Positions 26,587-35,583 of a stretch of 64,000 nucleotides of DNA are shown here, piece by piece. Position numbers and translations under genes: made by a program. The stretch covers positions 73,484 through 137,483 of the forward strand of contig CALETH010000070.1 of the NCBI GenBank assembly GCA_937920105.1, read 5' to 3'. This stretch comes from an uncultured Bacteroidota bacterium (GTDB taxonomy: Bacteria > Bacteroidota > Ignavibacteria > UBA10030 > UBA8401). Under the pieces are notes generated by a model that saw nothing but the letters and a program-made list of their open reading frames with translations, was not told the origin of the DNA and made no database searches. Position 1 is the first letter of the stretch. Each line of letters begins with the position of its first letter.

Positions 26587-27668
26587 ATTAAAGAATATCT
26601 ATCTGCAGCGTACTCTACAATTTTTTGAATGGTTTCATTAAAAGAAAGACCATGCGTTTTTGTAGAACGTATAAATCCGGAATCATTAGAAATATCTGGA
26701 TTAGGATTCACTTCTAAAACGTAAGGTTTATTATTTTGTGAGAGACGCATATCAACGCGTGCATAATCTCGACAGCCTAACAATTTATAAGATTTTAAGG
26801 CAGTGCGTTTTACTAATTCTTCAACATCAGGAGAAAGAATCGCTGGACAGACTCCTTTTGTTCCTTCATATTCAACAGAACCATTTAACCATTTTGCATC
26901 ATACGTTACAATTTTTGGATAATCTTCTGGTAGACCAGAAAAATCTATTTCGGAAATTGGCAATACAATAGGTCTTTTATTTCCTATAACGGCAATATTT
27001 AATTCACGTCCCGGAATATATTCTTCCACAATTGCTGGTTGGTCATATTGTTGAAAAATATGCCGCACCTTTTTTTTTAATGCAGCAAAAGAATCTACAA
27101 TGGAATTGTTATCAATACCCACACTGGCGTCTTCTTTTGCCGGTTTTACAATCATTGGAAAAGAAAGTGTAATATCGTCTGCATTGATTTGATTTAATTG
27201 TGTGCAAACAAAAAATTTTGGTGTGGAAATGTTGTTGTAGGAAAGTATTTCTTTGGTACGTGCTTTGTTTAAACAAGCACCTAAAGTGATAGGTGATGAA
27301 CCTGTGTAAGGAATCTTCAGTAATTCATACATTCCGGCAATGTGCATTTCGTGAATTGCTTGGTCTCCCAAACTTTCTACCATGTTAAAAATTAAATCCG
27401 GTTTTTCTTTAGAAAGAAATTTGAGAAATCTCTCCATGTTGTCCGACATATTGAAGATAGTCGTTTTGTATCCTAACTCTTCAAGTGCAGATTGGATTTC
27501 TTCTTTTTGCTCAAGAACTCCTATTTCGGACATGTCAAGTTTGTTCGCAATTTTTGTTTCGGTGCTTTCTTGAATCATTCCACTTTCGGAAATAAATTTT
27601 CTTCCATTTCCGGTTTGCACGGTTGGTTCGTTATAAACGATGGAGATGTGGAGTAAGTTTTTGTTCAT
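26583..27668 (-). CDS. ATP-grasp ligase, D-Ala-D-Ala-ligase-like (paralog 2)
   Basis: KARTKEILSYNNISTPKFFV, FPMIVKPAKEDASVGI, VEEYIPGRELNIAVIGN, ARVDMRL and VLEVNPNPD are the pre-ATP-grasp plus ATP-grasp blocks. Confidence 0.85.
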   Translation of the reverse strand: MNKNLLHISIVYNEPTVQTGNGRKFISESGMIQESTETKIANKLDMSEIGVLEQKEEIQSALEELGYKTTIFNMSDNMERFLKFLSKEKPDLIFNMVESLGDQAIHEMHIAGMYELLKIPYTGSSPITLGACLNKARTKEILSYNNISTPKFFVCTQLNQINADDITLSFPMIVKPAKEDASVGIDNNSIVDSFAALKKKVRHIFQQYDQPAIVEEYIPGRELNIAVIGNKRPIVLPISEIDFSGLPEDYPKIVTYDAKWLNGSVEYEGTKGVCPAILSPDVEELVKRTALKSYKLLGCRDYARVDMRLSQNNKPYVLEVNPNPDISNDSGFIRSTKTHGLSFNETIQKIVEYAADRYSLI

Positions 27669-27835
27669 AGAGTTATTTTTTTAACTATGATTATATGATG
27701 TATATGATTTGCATGATGAAAAAATTTTCAGATACGAGTTGTGTTTTGATAATCCATACAACCCATAGTGAAAAAAAAATAGGATACTTATTTTTACTGA
27801 TTTCTGATATCGGAATACTGAAAACTAAAACCCCA

Positions 27836-28924
27836 TTACTGATTCAATCCATATCTTTTACATGCAGCATTGAGTACACGATTAATCATTTCATTGTACT
27901 GAATTCCTGCAACGCGTGCTGCTTTTGGATAACATGAATTTTCTTCGGGATTGGGTAAAATTCCCGGTAGTGGATTTATTTCTATAATATGTGGAATTCC
28001 ATGTTCATCTAAACGGACATCAATGCGAGACCAATCTTTGCAACGCAAAGTGTTATAAGTATTCAAACATAATTTTTCTATTGATATTTGTAATGCCGGA
28101 GATATTTTCGCCGGACATTCAAAAATATTTAACGGATTTTTTGCTTGGTCCCAAATCCATTTTGCTTCAAAAGAGTAAATCGGATTTACTCCATCAGGTA
28201 ACGAATCAAATTTAATTTCTACGATAGGAAGAACTTGTGTGGTATTTCCATTTCCCAATAACGCAACGGTAAATTCTTTTCCGGGTAAAAATTTTTCTAC
28301 CAAGGCAGGTTCATTATAGGAAGAAAGTATTTTTTCTATTTGTGTAAAAAGTTCTTCTTGTGTTTGCACAAATGACGTATTAAAAATTCCTTTACTTGAA
28401 CCTTCATATAACGGTTTTACCATTAACGGAAATGAATGATGATGTTCAGAGATTTTCTGAAGTTCATCAAGAGAATGAATAACAAAAAATTTTGATGTGG
28501 GAATGGAATGATAAGAAAGGATTTCTTTTGTGCGGGCTTTATCTAAACAAGTTGCAAGTGTTAATGCATCGGAACCAGTATAAGGTATGTTAAGAAATTC
28601 TAACATTGCAGGAATATGTGCTTCCCGAGAAACACCGTATCTTCCTTCGGCAATATTAAAAACAATGTCAGGACGCAATGATTGCAATTTGTGAAATGCA
28701 TTTTCATCTGCTTCAATCATTTCCACAGAATGAAAAAGTGCTAACGCATCACGAACAGCAGTGATTGTTTCTATGGTATCCCATTCAGCATACGTATCAT
28801 CGTTTGGTGATACTTGAACTTGTGTGCTGACATCCGATGAGATGTTCTGACTCGAAGGTTGAGAATTGCTTTCGGCAAATTCCGTTTCTTCCTTCTTCAA
28901 GTTGTAGACTAACGCTACTTGCAT
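27836..28924 (-). CDS. ATP-grasp ligase, D-Ala-D-Ala-ligase-like (paralog 1)
   Basis: KARTKEILSYHSIPTSKFFV, FPLMVKPLYEGSSKGI, VEKFLPGKEFTVALLGN, SRIDVRL and IIEINPLPG are present. It is colinear with 26583..27668. Confidence 0.85.
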   Translation of the reverse strand: MQVALVYNLKKEETEFAESNSQPSSQNISSDVSTQVQVSPNDDTYAEWDTIETITAVRDALALFHSVEMIEADENAFHKLQSLRPDIVFNIAEGRYGVSREAHIPAMLEFLNIPYTGSDALTLATCLDKARTKEILSYHSIPTSKFFVIHSLDELQKISEHHHSFPLMVKPLYEGSSKGIFNTSFVQTQEELFTQIEKILSSYNEPALVEKFLPGKEFTVALLGNGNTTQVLPIVEIKFDSLPDGVNPIYSFEAKWIWDQAKNPLNIFECPAKISPALQISIEKLCLNTYNTLRCKDWSRIDVRLDEHGIPHIIEINPLPGILPNPEENSCYPKAARVAGIQYNEMINRVLNAACKRYGLNQ

Positions 28925-28990
28925 AAAGTGTGTATCAAAAAAATTTCTTTAACGCCTTTCGTACTATGAATAAAAAAATTTACTTGATAC

Positions 28991-29018
28991 AATATAAGAA
29001 ATAAAAAAATGTAGTCAA
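28991..29018 (-). promoter_or_regulatory. Sigma-70-like promoter candidate for the ATP-grasp/GNAT/kamA cluster (TTGACT-16 nt-TATATT on the minus strand)
   Basis: The reverse complement of 29013-29018 is ttgact, and that of 28991-28996 is tatatt. The site is ~67 nt upstream of the ATG at 28924. Confidence 0.4.
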
Positions 29019-29115
29019 GCGGAAAAAAGAAATATATCACAAAAAAATATTTTGAAAAAAAATTACTCTGGTAAGCTTTTAAAATAAATTTTTGCAAAAA
29101 TAATTTTATAAAAAA

Positions 29116-31284
29116 TTATCCCACTCGTACAAACGAAAGAAATTCTTTGAACACCGTTTCAAATTGATGACGAATATGTTGATGTTCGGGTAATCGTAAA
29201 TGAGGGTCCGTTGCAACAATGGCAAATGCTTCTTCTCGTGCAATGGAAAGAATTTCTGTATCACTGACAATATTTGCAACTTTAAAATTCGGTAATCCGC
29301 TTTGACGTGTTCCAAAAAAATCTCCCGCACCACGAATTTCTAAATCCACTTCAGCAATTTTAAAACCATCATTCGTCGCAACCATTGTTTGAATTCTTTT
29401 TTGTGTAGCCATTTTTTCTTGGTATGCAGATTTTCTATTCGAAGAAAGTGTAACATTTTTCTTCGCTGTGTTTTCATTGGTGATGAGAATACAGTAGGAT
29501 TGTTCTGCACCACGCCCAACACGTCCGCGTAATTGATGTAATTGAGAAAGTCCGAAACGTTCTGCGTTTTCGATAATCATAATTGTTGCATTGGGAACAT
29601 CAATACCAACTTCTATCACCGTTGTTGAAACTAAAATATCAAGTTCTCGATTTTTAAATTGTTTCATCAAAAAATCTTTTTCTTCGGAAGAAAGTCTTCC
29701 ATGCAAAAGTCCAATACGTAATTCTGGAAATATTTTTTCTTTTAAGAAATTATATTCTGCAGTTGCCGCTTTCAAATCTATCTTTTCAGATTCTTCTATT
29801 AACGGATACACAATATAGCACTGTCTTCCTTTTTGAATTTCTTCTTTCACAAATGCAAAAATTTTTTCTTTCTCTTTTTCGGTACGATGTACGGTACGAA
29901 TGGGTTTTCTATTTTTTGGAAGTTCATCAATAACAGAAACATCTAAATCTCCATATACTGTTAACGAAAGCGTTCGCGGAATTGGTGTTGCCGTCATCAC
30001 CAACACATCGGGATTTTGTTTCCCTTTTTCTCGTAACAACGCTCGCTGTGCAACACCAAAACGATGTTGTTCGTCAATAACTACAAAACCAAGATTGGAA
30101 AATTGTACATGTTCTTGCAAAAGTGCATGGGTTCCGATAATGATATTTGCTGTTCCTCTTCGTATATCTTCCAAAATATCTTCACGCAATTTTTTCTTTT
30201 GTCCCCCAACCAATAAACGAACATTTACAAAAGTATTTTGCAACAAATTTGTGATATTGTAAAAATGTTGTTCTGCAAGAATTTCTGTTGGTGCCATTAA
30301 CACCGCTTGAAATCCATTATCAATTGCTGTTAATATTGCTATGAGTGCAACAATGGTTTTTCCGCTTCCAACGTCTCCTTGTACTAAACGATTCATTGGA
30401 ATGTTGGATTGCATATCATGGTGAATTTCTTTTATAACACGTTGTTGTGCTTCGGTAAGTGTGAATGGAAGCGTTGAAAGAAGTTGCTCCACCAGTGTAC
30501 TTTTTGTATCAAAAGAAATTCCACGCAGTTCTCCTTTTAATTCTCGTTTGCGATAGGCGATGAGTAATTGAAAATACAATAACTCATCAAATTTTAATCT
30601 TCGCAAACTATTTTCTTTTTCCGAATAATTTTTGGGAAAGTGTACAGATTGCAGTGCGTTCTGCAATTTCATCAAATTGTGTTTTGGAAGAAGTGTTGTG
30701 GGGAGATGTTCTTTTATTTCTGCGATGTTGTGTTGCAGTGCATTGCGAAGTATTCTTCTAAAACCACGATTATCTAAGCCAACTTTTCGTAATTCTTCAC
30801 TAGAGGAATATTTTGGAATGATTGCTCCGGTGTGAAGCAACGAATTCCAATCTGTATCATCTTCATTATCTTTTGTTTTTAATCTATCAAATTCCGGATG
30901 AATGAATTGTATGCGGTTGAGTTTATCAAATTCCGGAACGGAGGAAACGGCAAGAATTTCTTCGGATTCAAATGCGTTTTGATACCATTCTATTCCTGCA
31001 TAAAAAACGCAGGTGAGATAACCGGTTGCATCTTTGAGTGTGAGAAAAAATATTTTCTTTTTATTGCGTGTGTAGGCTACTTTTGTACGATAAACTGTTC
31101 CAATAACAGTAACTTCGTTTCCTGTTTCTACAAATTTTGGAAGTTCTTTAATGGGAAGTATGCGAGAGCGGTCAAGATAATCATACGGAAGATAGTAGAG
31201 CAGTTGTTGTATGGTTTCTATTCCGATTTTTTTTAATGCGGCGGCTCTTACGGGACCGACGGCTTTAATGTATTGGAGGGACAC
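29116..31284 (-). CDS. recG: ATP-dependent DNA helicase RecG
   Basis: The product has an N-terminal wedge/OB region, GDVGSGKT, VIDEQHRFG, LVMTATPIPRTL and QLRGRVGRG. It is 722 aa. Confidence 0.95.
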   Translation of the reverse strand: MSLQYIKAVGPVRAAALKKIGIETIQQLLYYLPYDYLDRSRILPIKELPKFVETGNEVTVIGTVYRTKVAYTRNKKKIFFLTLKDATGYLTCVFYAGIEWYQNAFESEEILAVSSVPEFDKLNRIQFIHPEFDRLKTKDNEDDTDWNSLLHTGAIIPKYSSSEELRKVGLDNRGFRRILRNALQHNIAEIKEHLPTTLLPKHNLMKLQNALQSVHFPKNYSEKENSLRRLKFDELLYFQLLIAYRKRELKGELRGISFDTKSTLVEQLLSTLPFTLTEAQQRVIKEIHHDMQSNIPMNRLVQGDVGSGKTIVALIAILTAIDNGFQAVLMAPTEILAEQHFYNITNLLQNTFVNVRLLVGGQKKKLREDILEDIRRGTANIIIGTHALLQEHVQFSNLGFVVIDEQHRFGVAQRALLREKGKQNPDVLVMTATPIPRTLSLTVYGDLDVSVIDELPKNRKPIRTVHRTEKEKEKIFAFVKEEIQKGRQCYIVYPLIEESEKIDLKAATAEYNFLKEKIFPELRIGLLHGRLSSEEKDFLMKQFKNRELDILVSTTVIEVGIDVPNATIMIIENAERFGLSQLHQLRGRVGRGAEQSYCILITNENTAKKNVTLSSNRKSAYQEKMATQKRIQTMVATNDGFKIAEVDLEIRGAGDFFGTRQSGLPNFKVANIVSDTEILSIAREEAFAIVATDPHLRLPEHQHIRHQFETVFKEFLSFVRVG

Positions 31285-31330
31285 GTGAAGGTTTTTAAAA
31301 ATGGAAGATTAATAAAATCATTTCAAAAAA

Positions 31331-31852
31331 TTATTTTTTTATTTCCCAAATAGGTGGTATAGTCTTCCTTGTTATTAACAAATGTAAACTTCTTAATGCA
31401 GAATTAATTTGAATAGATACTTCTTTTAAATCATCAATACAAATGTTTGTTACTTCTGTTTTTAATTTCCCCCGTGCTGAACCTGCGGCTATTTTAAGTT
31501 CATTATCTTGTTCAATTATTGTATTGTGTAAGTAACGGTTGCGGCTTGTTTGAGCAGTTTTAATTTTTGAAATAGTTTCATTATAGTTTTCTAAGTGAGG
31601 ATATTCTGGTAGAAGGTAATGACAAAGAGCGGATAACATATTTAATTTTTGTGGAAAGCTTGAGTGTTTGATAAGTATAAATGGTATTGCATCACTTATA
31701 GAATCAAAACCTGCTAATTTTCCCAATGCAGTATCAATATAATTTTCAAGGTCAATCCATAAACTTACTATTCTACCTAATTCAAGAAGAATTTCATCTG
31801 AAATGGGCCAATTACTTCTATCAAATTCTGGTATTTTATTATTTGTACTCAT
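31331..31852 (-). CDS. Hypothetical alpha-helical protein with a HEPN-type Rx4H motif
   Basis: …KTAQTSRNRYLHNTI… contains R-N-R-Y-L-H, which fits Rx4-6H. The 173-aa product has no TM or signal peptide. It is flanked by recG and a 125-bp inverted-repeat element. Confidence 0.45.
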   Translation of the reverse strand: MSTNNKIPEFDRSNWPISDEILLELGRIVSLWIDLENYIDTALGKLAGFDSISDAIPFILIKHSSFPQKLNMLSALCHYLLPEYPHLENYNETISKIKTAQTSRNRYLHNTIIEQDNELKIAAGSARGKLKTEVTNICIDDLKEVSIQINSALRSLHLLITRKTIPPIWEIKK

Positions 31853-31876
31853 TTTGTTTTTTTTATTTAAAAAATA

Positions 31877-32001
31877 GATTCCCGCTTTCGAGTCTGTGTA
31901 AAAACTAGGTTTTTTAGAAAAAAATCCTCAAATTTTTAAAAATTTCGAAGGTTTATCTTCAAAAAATTGACTTTTTACACAGACTCTTTCGCGGGAATGA
32001 C
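31877..32001. repeat. 125-bp element with ~28-bp terminal inverted repeats built on the 'ggaatc/gattcc' repeat core (MITE-like)
   Basis: The left arm is gattcccgctttcgagtctgtgtaaaaa (31877-31904). The right arm is tttttacacagactctttcgcgggaatgac (31972-32001). The arms are complementary except at the central tttcg/gaaag. Confidence 0.7.
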
Positions 32002-32060
32002 AATGATGTTTTTTTGTATGAACGGATGCAAATCCGTTTTTTGTAATTATTTTAGATTAT

Positions 32061-32318
32061 TTACATTTCAACAACTTCTACACGAGTAGAATATCCTAGT
32101 TGTTCAAAAAATTTTTCGCAATCATCCCACGTTAAGCCAAATGCCCGAACATCAGCAAGTCCGAGTTGTGAAAGAATGCTTTTAATAGTTTCAAAGTCAT
32201 TGTTATCAAAATCTTCTTCAAAAAACGCTGTTTCTGCCCAATTGACTAATTCTGTAATAGTTATTGTGTGATGAAGATAATCTAATAATTTTTCTGCAAC
32301 ATTTTTTTTGGTAATCAT
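32061..32318 (-). CDS. Small acidic hypothetical protein (85 aa)
   Basis: The ORF is clean and does not overlap neighbouring genes. …LSQLGLADVRAFGLTWDDCEKFFEQLGY… is present, but no family was recognised. Confidence 0.5.
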   Translation of the reverse strand: MITKKNVAEKLLDYLHHTITITELVNWAETAFFEEDFDNNDFETIKSILSQLGLADVRAFGLTWDDCEKFFEQLGYSTRVEVVEM

Positions 32319-32332
32319 TCTTGTTTCTTTTC

Positions 32333-32365
32333 AGATTTGTCAAGTTTTTAAAACTTGACAAATCT
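32333..32365. repeat. Perfect 33-nt palindrome ('gtcaagttttTaaaacttgac' family)
   Basis: The sequence is agatttgtcaagtttt-t-aaaacttgacaaatct. A near-identical copy lies at 49418..49449, and related ggttttaaaaacc hairpins lie at 35530 and 52635. Confidence 0.8.
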
Positions 32366-32385
32366 TGATTAATTATACTCAATCC

Positions 32386-33426
32386 TCACTTTACATTCAA
32401 TTTTGTTTTTTTATTTGTATTCATTCTATAATTTTGTACAGAAAATTCTTGTGGAAGGTGATACACAATACTTTGATTGCTGATGTGAACAATAAGAGAA
32501 TCATCACTAATATTTTCTACAATAGCATTTTCTAATTCTGTAGAAGTGAATAACGAATCAGGATACAAAGTTAATGCAATTCCGTCATCAGTTTCTTCCA
32601 CCAATGTTTGAATTCCGGCTGCTATATTTTTTGTTTGTAATGTGTTAGAAGGACGTTGTTCTAAAACAATATTTTGTGAAGTATTTTTCACTGCAAGATT
32701 AACTTTTTGTGTTTCGCTTTTTGATTTTTTTGCAGCAAAGTTATCCCTTTTTTGTAAACCTTCTGCAAAAGATTGCGTTGCCGCAGAAGGCATTGAGCGG
32801 TCTCTTCCTACAGAAATAGGAACAACCGTTCCAACAATCCACATTGCTCTGCGGGAAATATTATTGACTGATGGTGCTGATGTAATAGTTTTATCTTCAT
32901 CTTTAAATGCTAAATTTTCTCTTTTTTCTTCATTTAAACGTTCAGTTTCTACTGTACTTTCTGCAATATCCGATATTTCTTCTAATTGCTGTTTTTCTTT
33001 TATAGGTTCTTCACTTTTTTTCTCTTCTATTTTTTTATCAGAAATATTTTTTTCTTCTACTTCTTTAAACACATATTGTGTAGAACCGAATTTTTGCGGA
33101 AACTGCATTGGTCCAAACCACATTTGATAGACAGCAATTCCTCCAATCATAATTACTACGGCAGCAGCCAAACTCACCAAATATCGTTGCAATGGATTTC
33201 TATTTTCTCGTTCGATATGTTGAGCAAGTTTTCCTTTCATTTTTTTTCTTCCGTACGCACGGATTCCTTCTGCTAATGAAAGTTCTTGTGTAACAAGAGT
33301 TTTACATTGTTCACATTCTTGCAAATGTTTTTCCAAAACAACACGTTCTTCTTGCAAAATATTTCCAAGAATGTATTGTTCTAGTAATTCGGGATTTTCA
33401 GTCCAATGAAGAATATTCGTTTTCAT
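32386..33426 (-). CDS. Anti-sigma factor (zf-HC2 type, single TM, K/E-rich linker and extracytoplasmic domain)
   Basis: The N-terminal motif is HLQECEQCK and the TM is LVSLAAAVVIMIGGIAVYQMW. It overlaps the upstream ECF sigma gene by 4 nt. Confidence 0.75.
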   Translation of the reverse strand: MKTNILHWTENPELLEQYILGNILQEERVVLEKHLQECEQCKTLVTQELSLAEGIRAYGRKKMKGKLAQHIERENRNPLQRYLVSLAAAVVIMIGGIAVYQMWFGPMQFPQKFGSTQYVFKEVEEKNISDKKIEEKKSEEPIKEKQQLEEISDIAESTVETERLNEEKRENLAFKDEDKTITSAPSVNNISRRAMWIVGTVVPISVGRDRSMPSAATQSFAEGLQKRDNFAAKKSKSETQKVNLAVKNTSQNIVLEQRPSNTLQTKNIAAGIQTLVEETDDGIALTLYPDSLFTSTELENAIVENISDDSLIVHISNQSIVYHLPQEFSVQNYRMNTNKKTKLNVK

Positions 33427-33989
33427 ACATCAACTTTTTCTAATAATTTTTCCAACATTTTTTTGCATTGATATTTTTTTGATTTTACCGTTTCTGCATT
33501 AGCAAAACCTGTCCGTTGGGCAATTTCTTCCATAGAAGATTCTTCCCAATAAAAAAGCAGTAAAATAGTTTTACACGGCTCACCAAGTTTTTGCAATGCT
33601 ATTTGCACGGCATCAATGGTTTCTTTTTCTATCAAGATACTTATAATAGAGTGTTCTTCGGAAGGAAGGGTTTCTACTTCATCATTGATAGAAATAATTT
33701 TTTTTGTTTGCGAAAGTTTGCGAAACCAAAGATTTCTTACGGTTGCATAAAGAAATGTGCTGATTTTTGCAGCGTGTTCATATTTTCCTGAACGAACTTT
33801 TTGCCAAAATATCACCAACACTTCCTGCAACATGTCTTCCGCGTCTTCGAGCGTTCCATTATGTTTTGTGATAAAAGAAATAATCATTCGTTTGTTGGCA
33901 TTGTATAATGTTACCAACACTTTTTCATCACCTTCACGGATGCGTTCTAAAATATTTTCGTCGCTGGAAAATAGTGCGAATGAATTCAT
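33423..33989 (-). CDS. RNA polymerase ECF-type sigma-70 factor
   Basis: Region 2 is DAEDMLQEVLVIFWQK…YATVRNLWFRK. Region 4 carries the HTH SMEEIAQRTGFANAETVKSKKYQCKKML. Confidence 0.85.
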   Translation of the reverse strand: MNSFALFSSDENILERIREGDEKVLVTLYNANKRMIISFITKHNGTLEDAEDMLQEVLVIFWQKVRSGKYEHAAKISTFLYATVRNLWFRKLSQTKKIISINDEVETLPSEEHSIISILIEKETIDAVQIALQKLGEPCKTILLLFYWEESSMEEIAQRTGFANAETVKSKKYQCKKMLEKLLEKVDV

Positions 33990-34093
33990 TTACCTTTTTT
34001 CTATTAATGACATTAATAAGCAAGATGTGAATGAAACTTTTTCACTCAAAAGTACAAATAACTCAATTTTATTCAAAATTTTCAGGAGGTTGT

Positions 34094-35455
34094 ATGAAAG
34101 CCACAAGGTTTTTATTGTTTGCATTATTCTCGATTTCTGCAATAATTCTTCACGCTTCACCAAAAAAAGAAGTGAGTTTAGAAGGAAAATTAAACTGTCC
34201 GTACATCTCAACCCAAGGTGGAACGATTTATCTTTCCGTTTGTCTTAATGTTCCTTCGGTAGAAAACACAAAACGCAAACCATTGAATCTTTCTATTGTG
34301 TTAGATAGAAGTGGTTCTATGGAAGATGAAAAGAAAATGGACTACGCAAAAAAAGCATTGCGTTCACTTATTGATGAATTGAATGATGACGACATTTTTT
34401 CTCTTGTTGTGTATGATGACAATATTGATGTCGTTCGTTCTGCATCTAAAGTGCGAAATAAACAATCCATTAAAAGTTTGTTGAATGAAATTGAACCGCG
34501 CGGCTCTACCAATTTAGGTGGCGGAATGATGGAGGGTTTCCAACAAGTAGAAAAAAATCTTGATAAAGAATATACCAACAGAGTTATTTTGCTTTCTGAT
34601 GGACTTGCCAATATGGGAATTACTGACCCATATCAATTACAAAAAATTGCGAGAAAATATAGAGCAAAATCTATTTCGCTTACCACTATGGGTGTTGGTT
34701 TAGATTATAATGAAAATCTTATGGTGGGACTTTCAGAAAGTGGTGGCGGAAATTATTATTTCATAGAACATCCAACATCACTTGCCTCTATAGTGAAAAA
34801 AGAATTTTCCTTGCTCTCTTCTCTTGTTGCTCACAATGCAACAATAGAATTGAAACTCGGAAAAAATGTTCGTGTAAAAGATGTGATTGGATATGAGTAT
34901 GATAGCAATGATGGAAAATGCAATATTCCGCTTGGAGATTTGTATGGAAATGATAAAAAGGAATTTACGATAGAATTAGAAATTCCTAAAGGAGAAAAAT
35001 CTTTTGCAGCAGTGGAAGGAGTTTTGAATTTTGAAAGCAAAAAATTTTCTTCCGGACAAAATTTTTCTAACACAATTTCTTATAACAACGATGCTGCTGT
35101 AAGAGAAAAAAATACTAATTGGGACATTCAAGCAAAAGTAGATATTGCACAATCCACACGGAAAGTAGAAAATGCTATGAAGGCAATGGATGAAGGACGA
35201 ATGGATGATGCAGAACAAGAATTAAAAAGTGCAAATCAAGCATTATCTGCTGCACCATCAATGAGTAATGCCAGTGGTGAAGGTGCTGCAATGATGAAAG
35301 AACAATTGAGTAGGTTGCGTTCTTATAAAGATGCGTTGAAGAATGACGATGCTCGAAAAGCAAAGAAATCTATTCAGTACGAAAATTATAATACGCAAAA
35401 AAAAAATAATAATTATAGGGATTGCTTCGTTCCGTTTGCACGGAACTCGCAATGA
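34094..35455 (+). CDS. Secreted von Willebrand factor type A (VWA) domain protein
   Basis: AGGAGG lies 5 nt before the ATG at 34094. A signal peptide is present. The MIDAS motif is LDRSGSM, with …GSTNLGGG… and …LLSDGLAN…. The last ~12 codons are supplied by a palindromic repeat. Confidence 0.85.
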   Translation: MKATRFLLFALFSISAIILHASPKKEVSLEGKLNCPYISTQGGTIYLSVCLNVPSVENTKRKPLNLSIVLDRSGSMEDEKKMDYAKKALRSLIDELNDDDIFSLVVYDDNIDVVRSASKVRNKQSIKSLLNEIEPRGSTNLGGGMMEGFQQVEKNLDKEYTNRVILLSDGLANMGITDPYQLQKIARKYRAKSISLTTMGVGLDYNENLMVGLSESGGGNYYFIEHPTSLASIVKKEFSLLSSLVAHNATIELKLGKNVRVKDVIGYEYDSNDGKCNIPLGDLYGNDKKEFTIELEIPKGEKSFAAVEGVLNFESKKFSSGQNFSNTISYNNDAAVREKNTNWDIQAKVDIAQSTRKVENAMKAMDEGRMDDAEQELKSANQALSAAPSMSNASGEGAAMMKEQLSRLRSYKDALKNDDARKAKKSIQYENYNTQKKNNNYRDCFVPFARNSQ

Positions 35456-35509
35456 CAATATTTAGAAATTACATTGTCATTGCGAAGGAGCGAAGCGACT
35501 GAAGCAATC
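35420..35509. repeat. Inverted pair of 'gattgcttcg…cgcaatgaca' repeats
   Basis: 35420-35457 is gattgcttcgttccgtttgcacggaactcgcaatgaca. 35475-35509 is tgtcattgcgaaggagcgaagcgactgaagcaatc. The pair overlaps the VWA stop codon. Confidence 0.75.
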
Positions 35510-35529
35510 TACACAAGTTTATTCACCAA

Positions 35530-35560
35530 GACATCACAGGTTTTAAAAACCTGTGATGTC
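35530..35560. repeat. Perfect palindrome gacatcacaggtttt-a-aaaacctgtgatgtc
   Basis: A 15-bp perfect stem lies between the VWA gene and tonB. It may act as a terminator. Confidence 0.7.
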
Positions 35561-35583
35561 TAAAATAAAATCATGGAGGCATT

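Noticed and set aside
26448-27720. Clusters of 'atgat'-rich direct and inverted repeats considered as a possible CRISPR array. The same applies to 47962..48164.
   Set aside because: The repeats are inverted as well as direct, irregularly spaced, only about 20 nt long and interleaved with other hairpin families. There is no regular repeat-spacer periodicity and no cas genes.
35397-35406. An A10 homopolymer near the 3' end of the VWA gene, considered as a slipped-strand phase-variation switch.
   Set aside because: A frame change here would alter only the last ~17 residues, which are themselves repeat-derived. No functional on/off consequence is evident.
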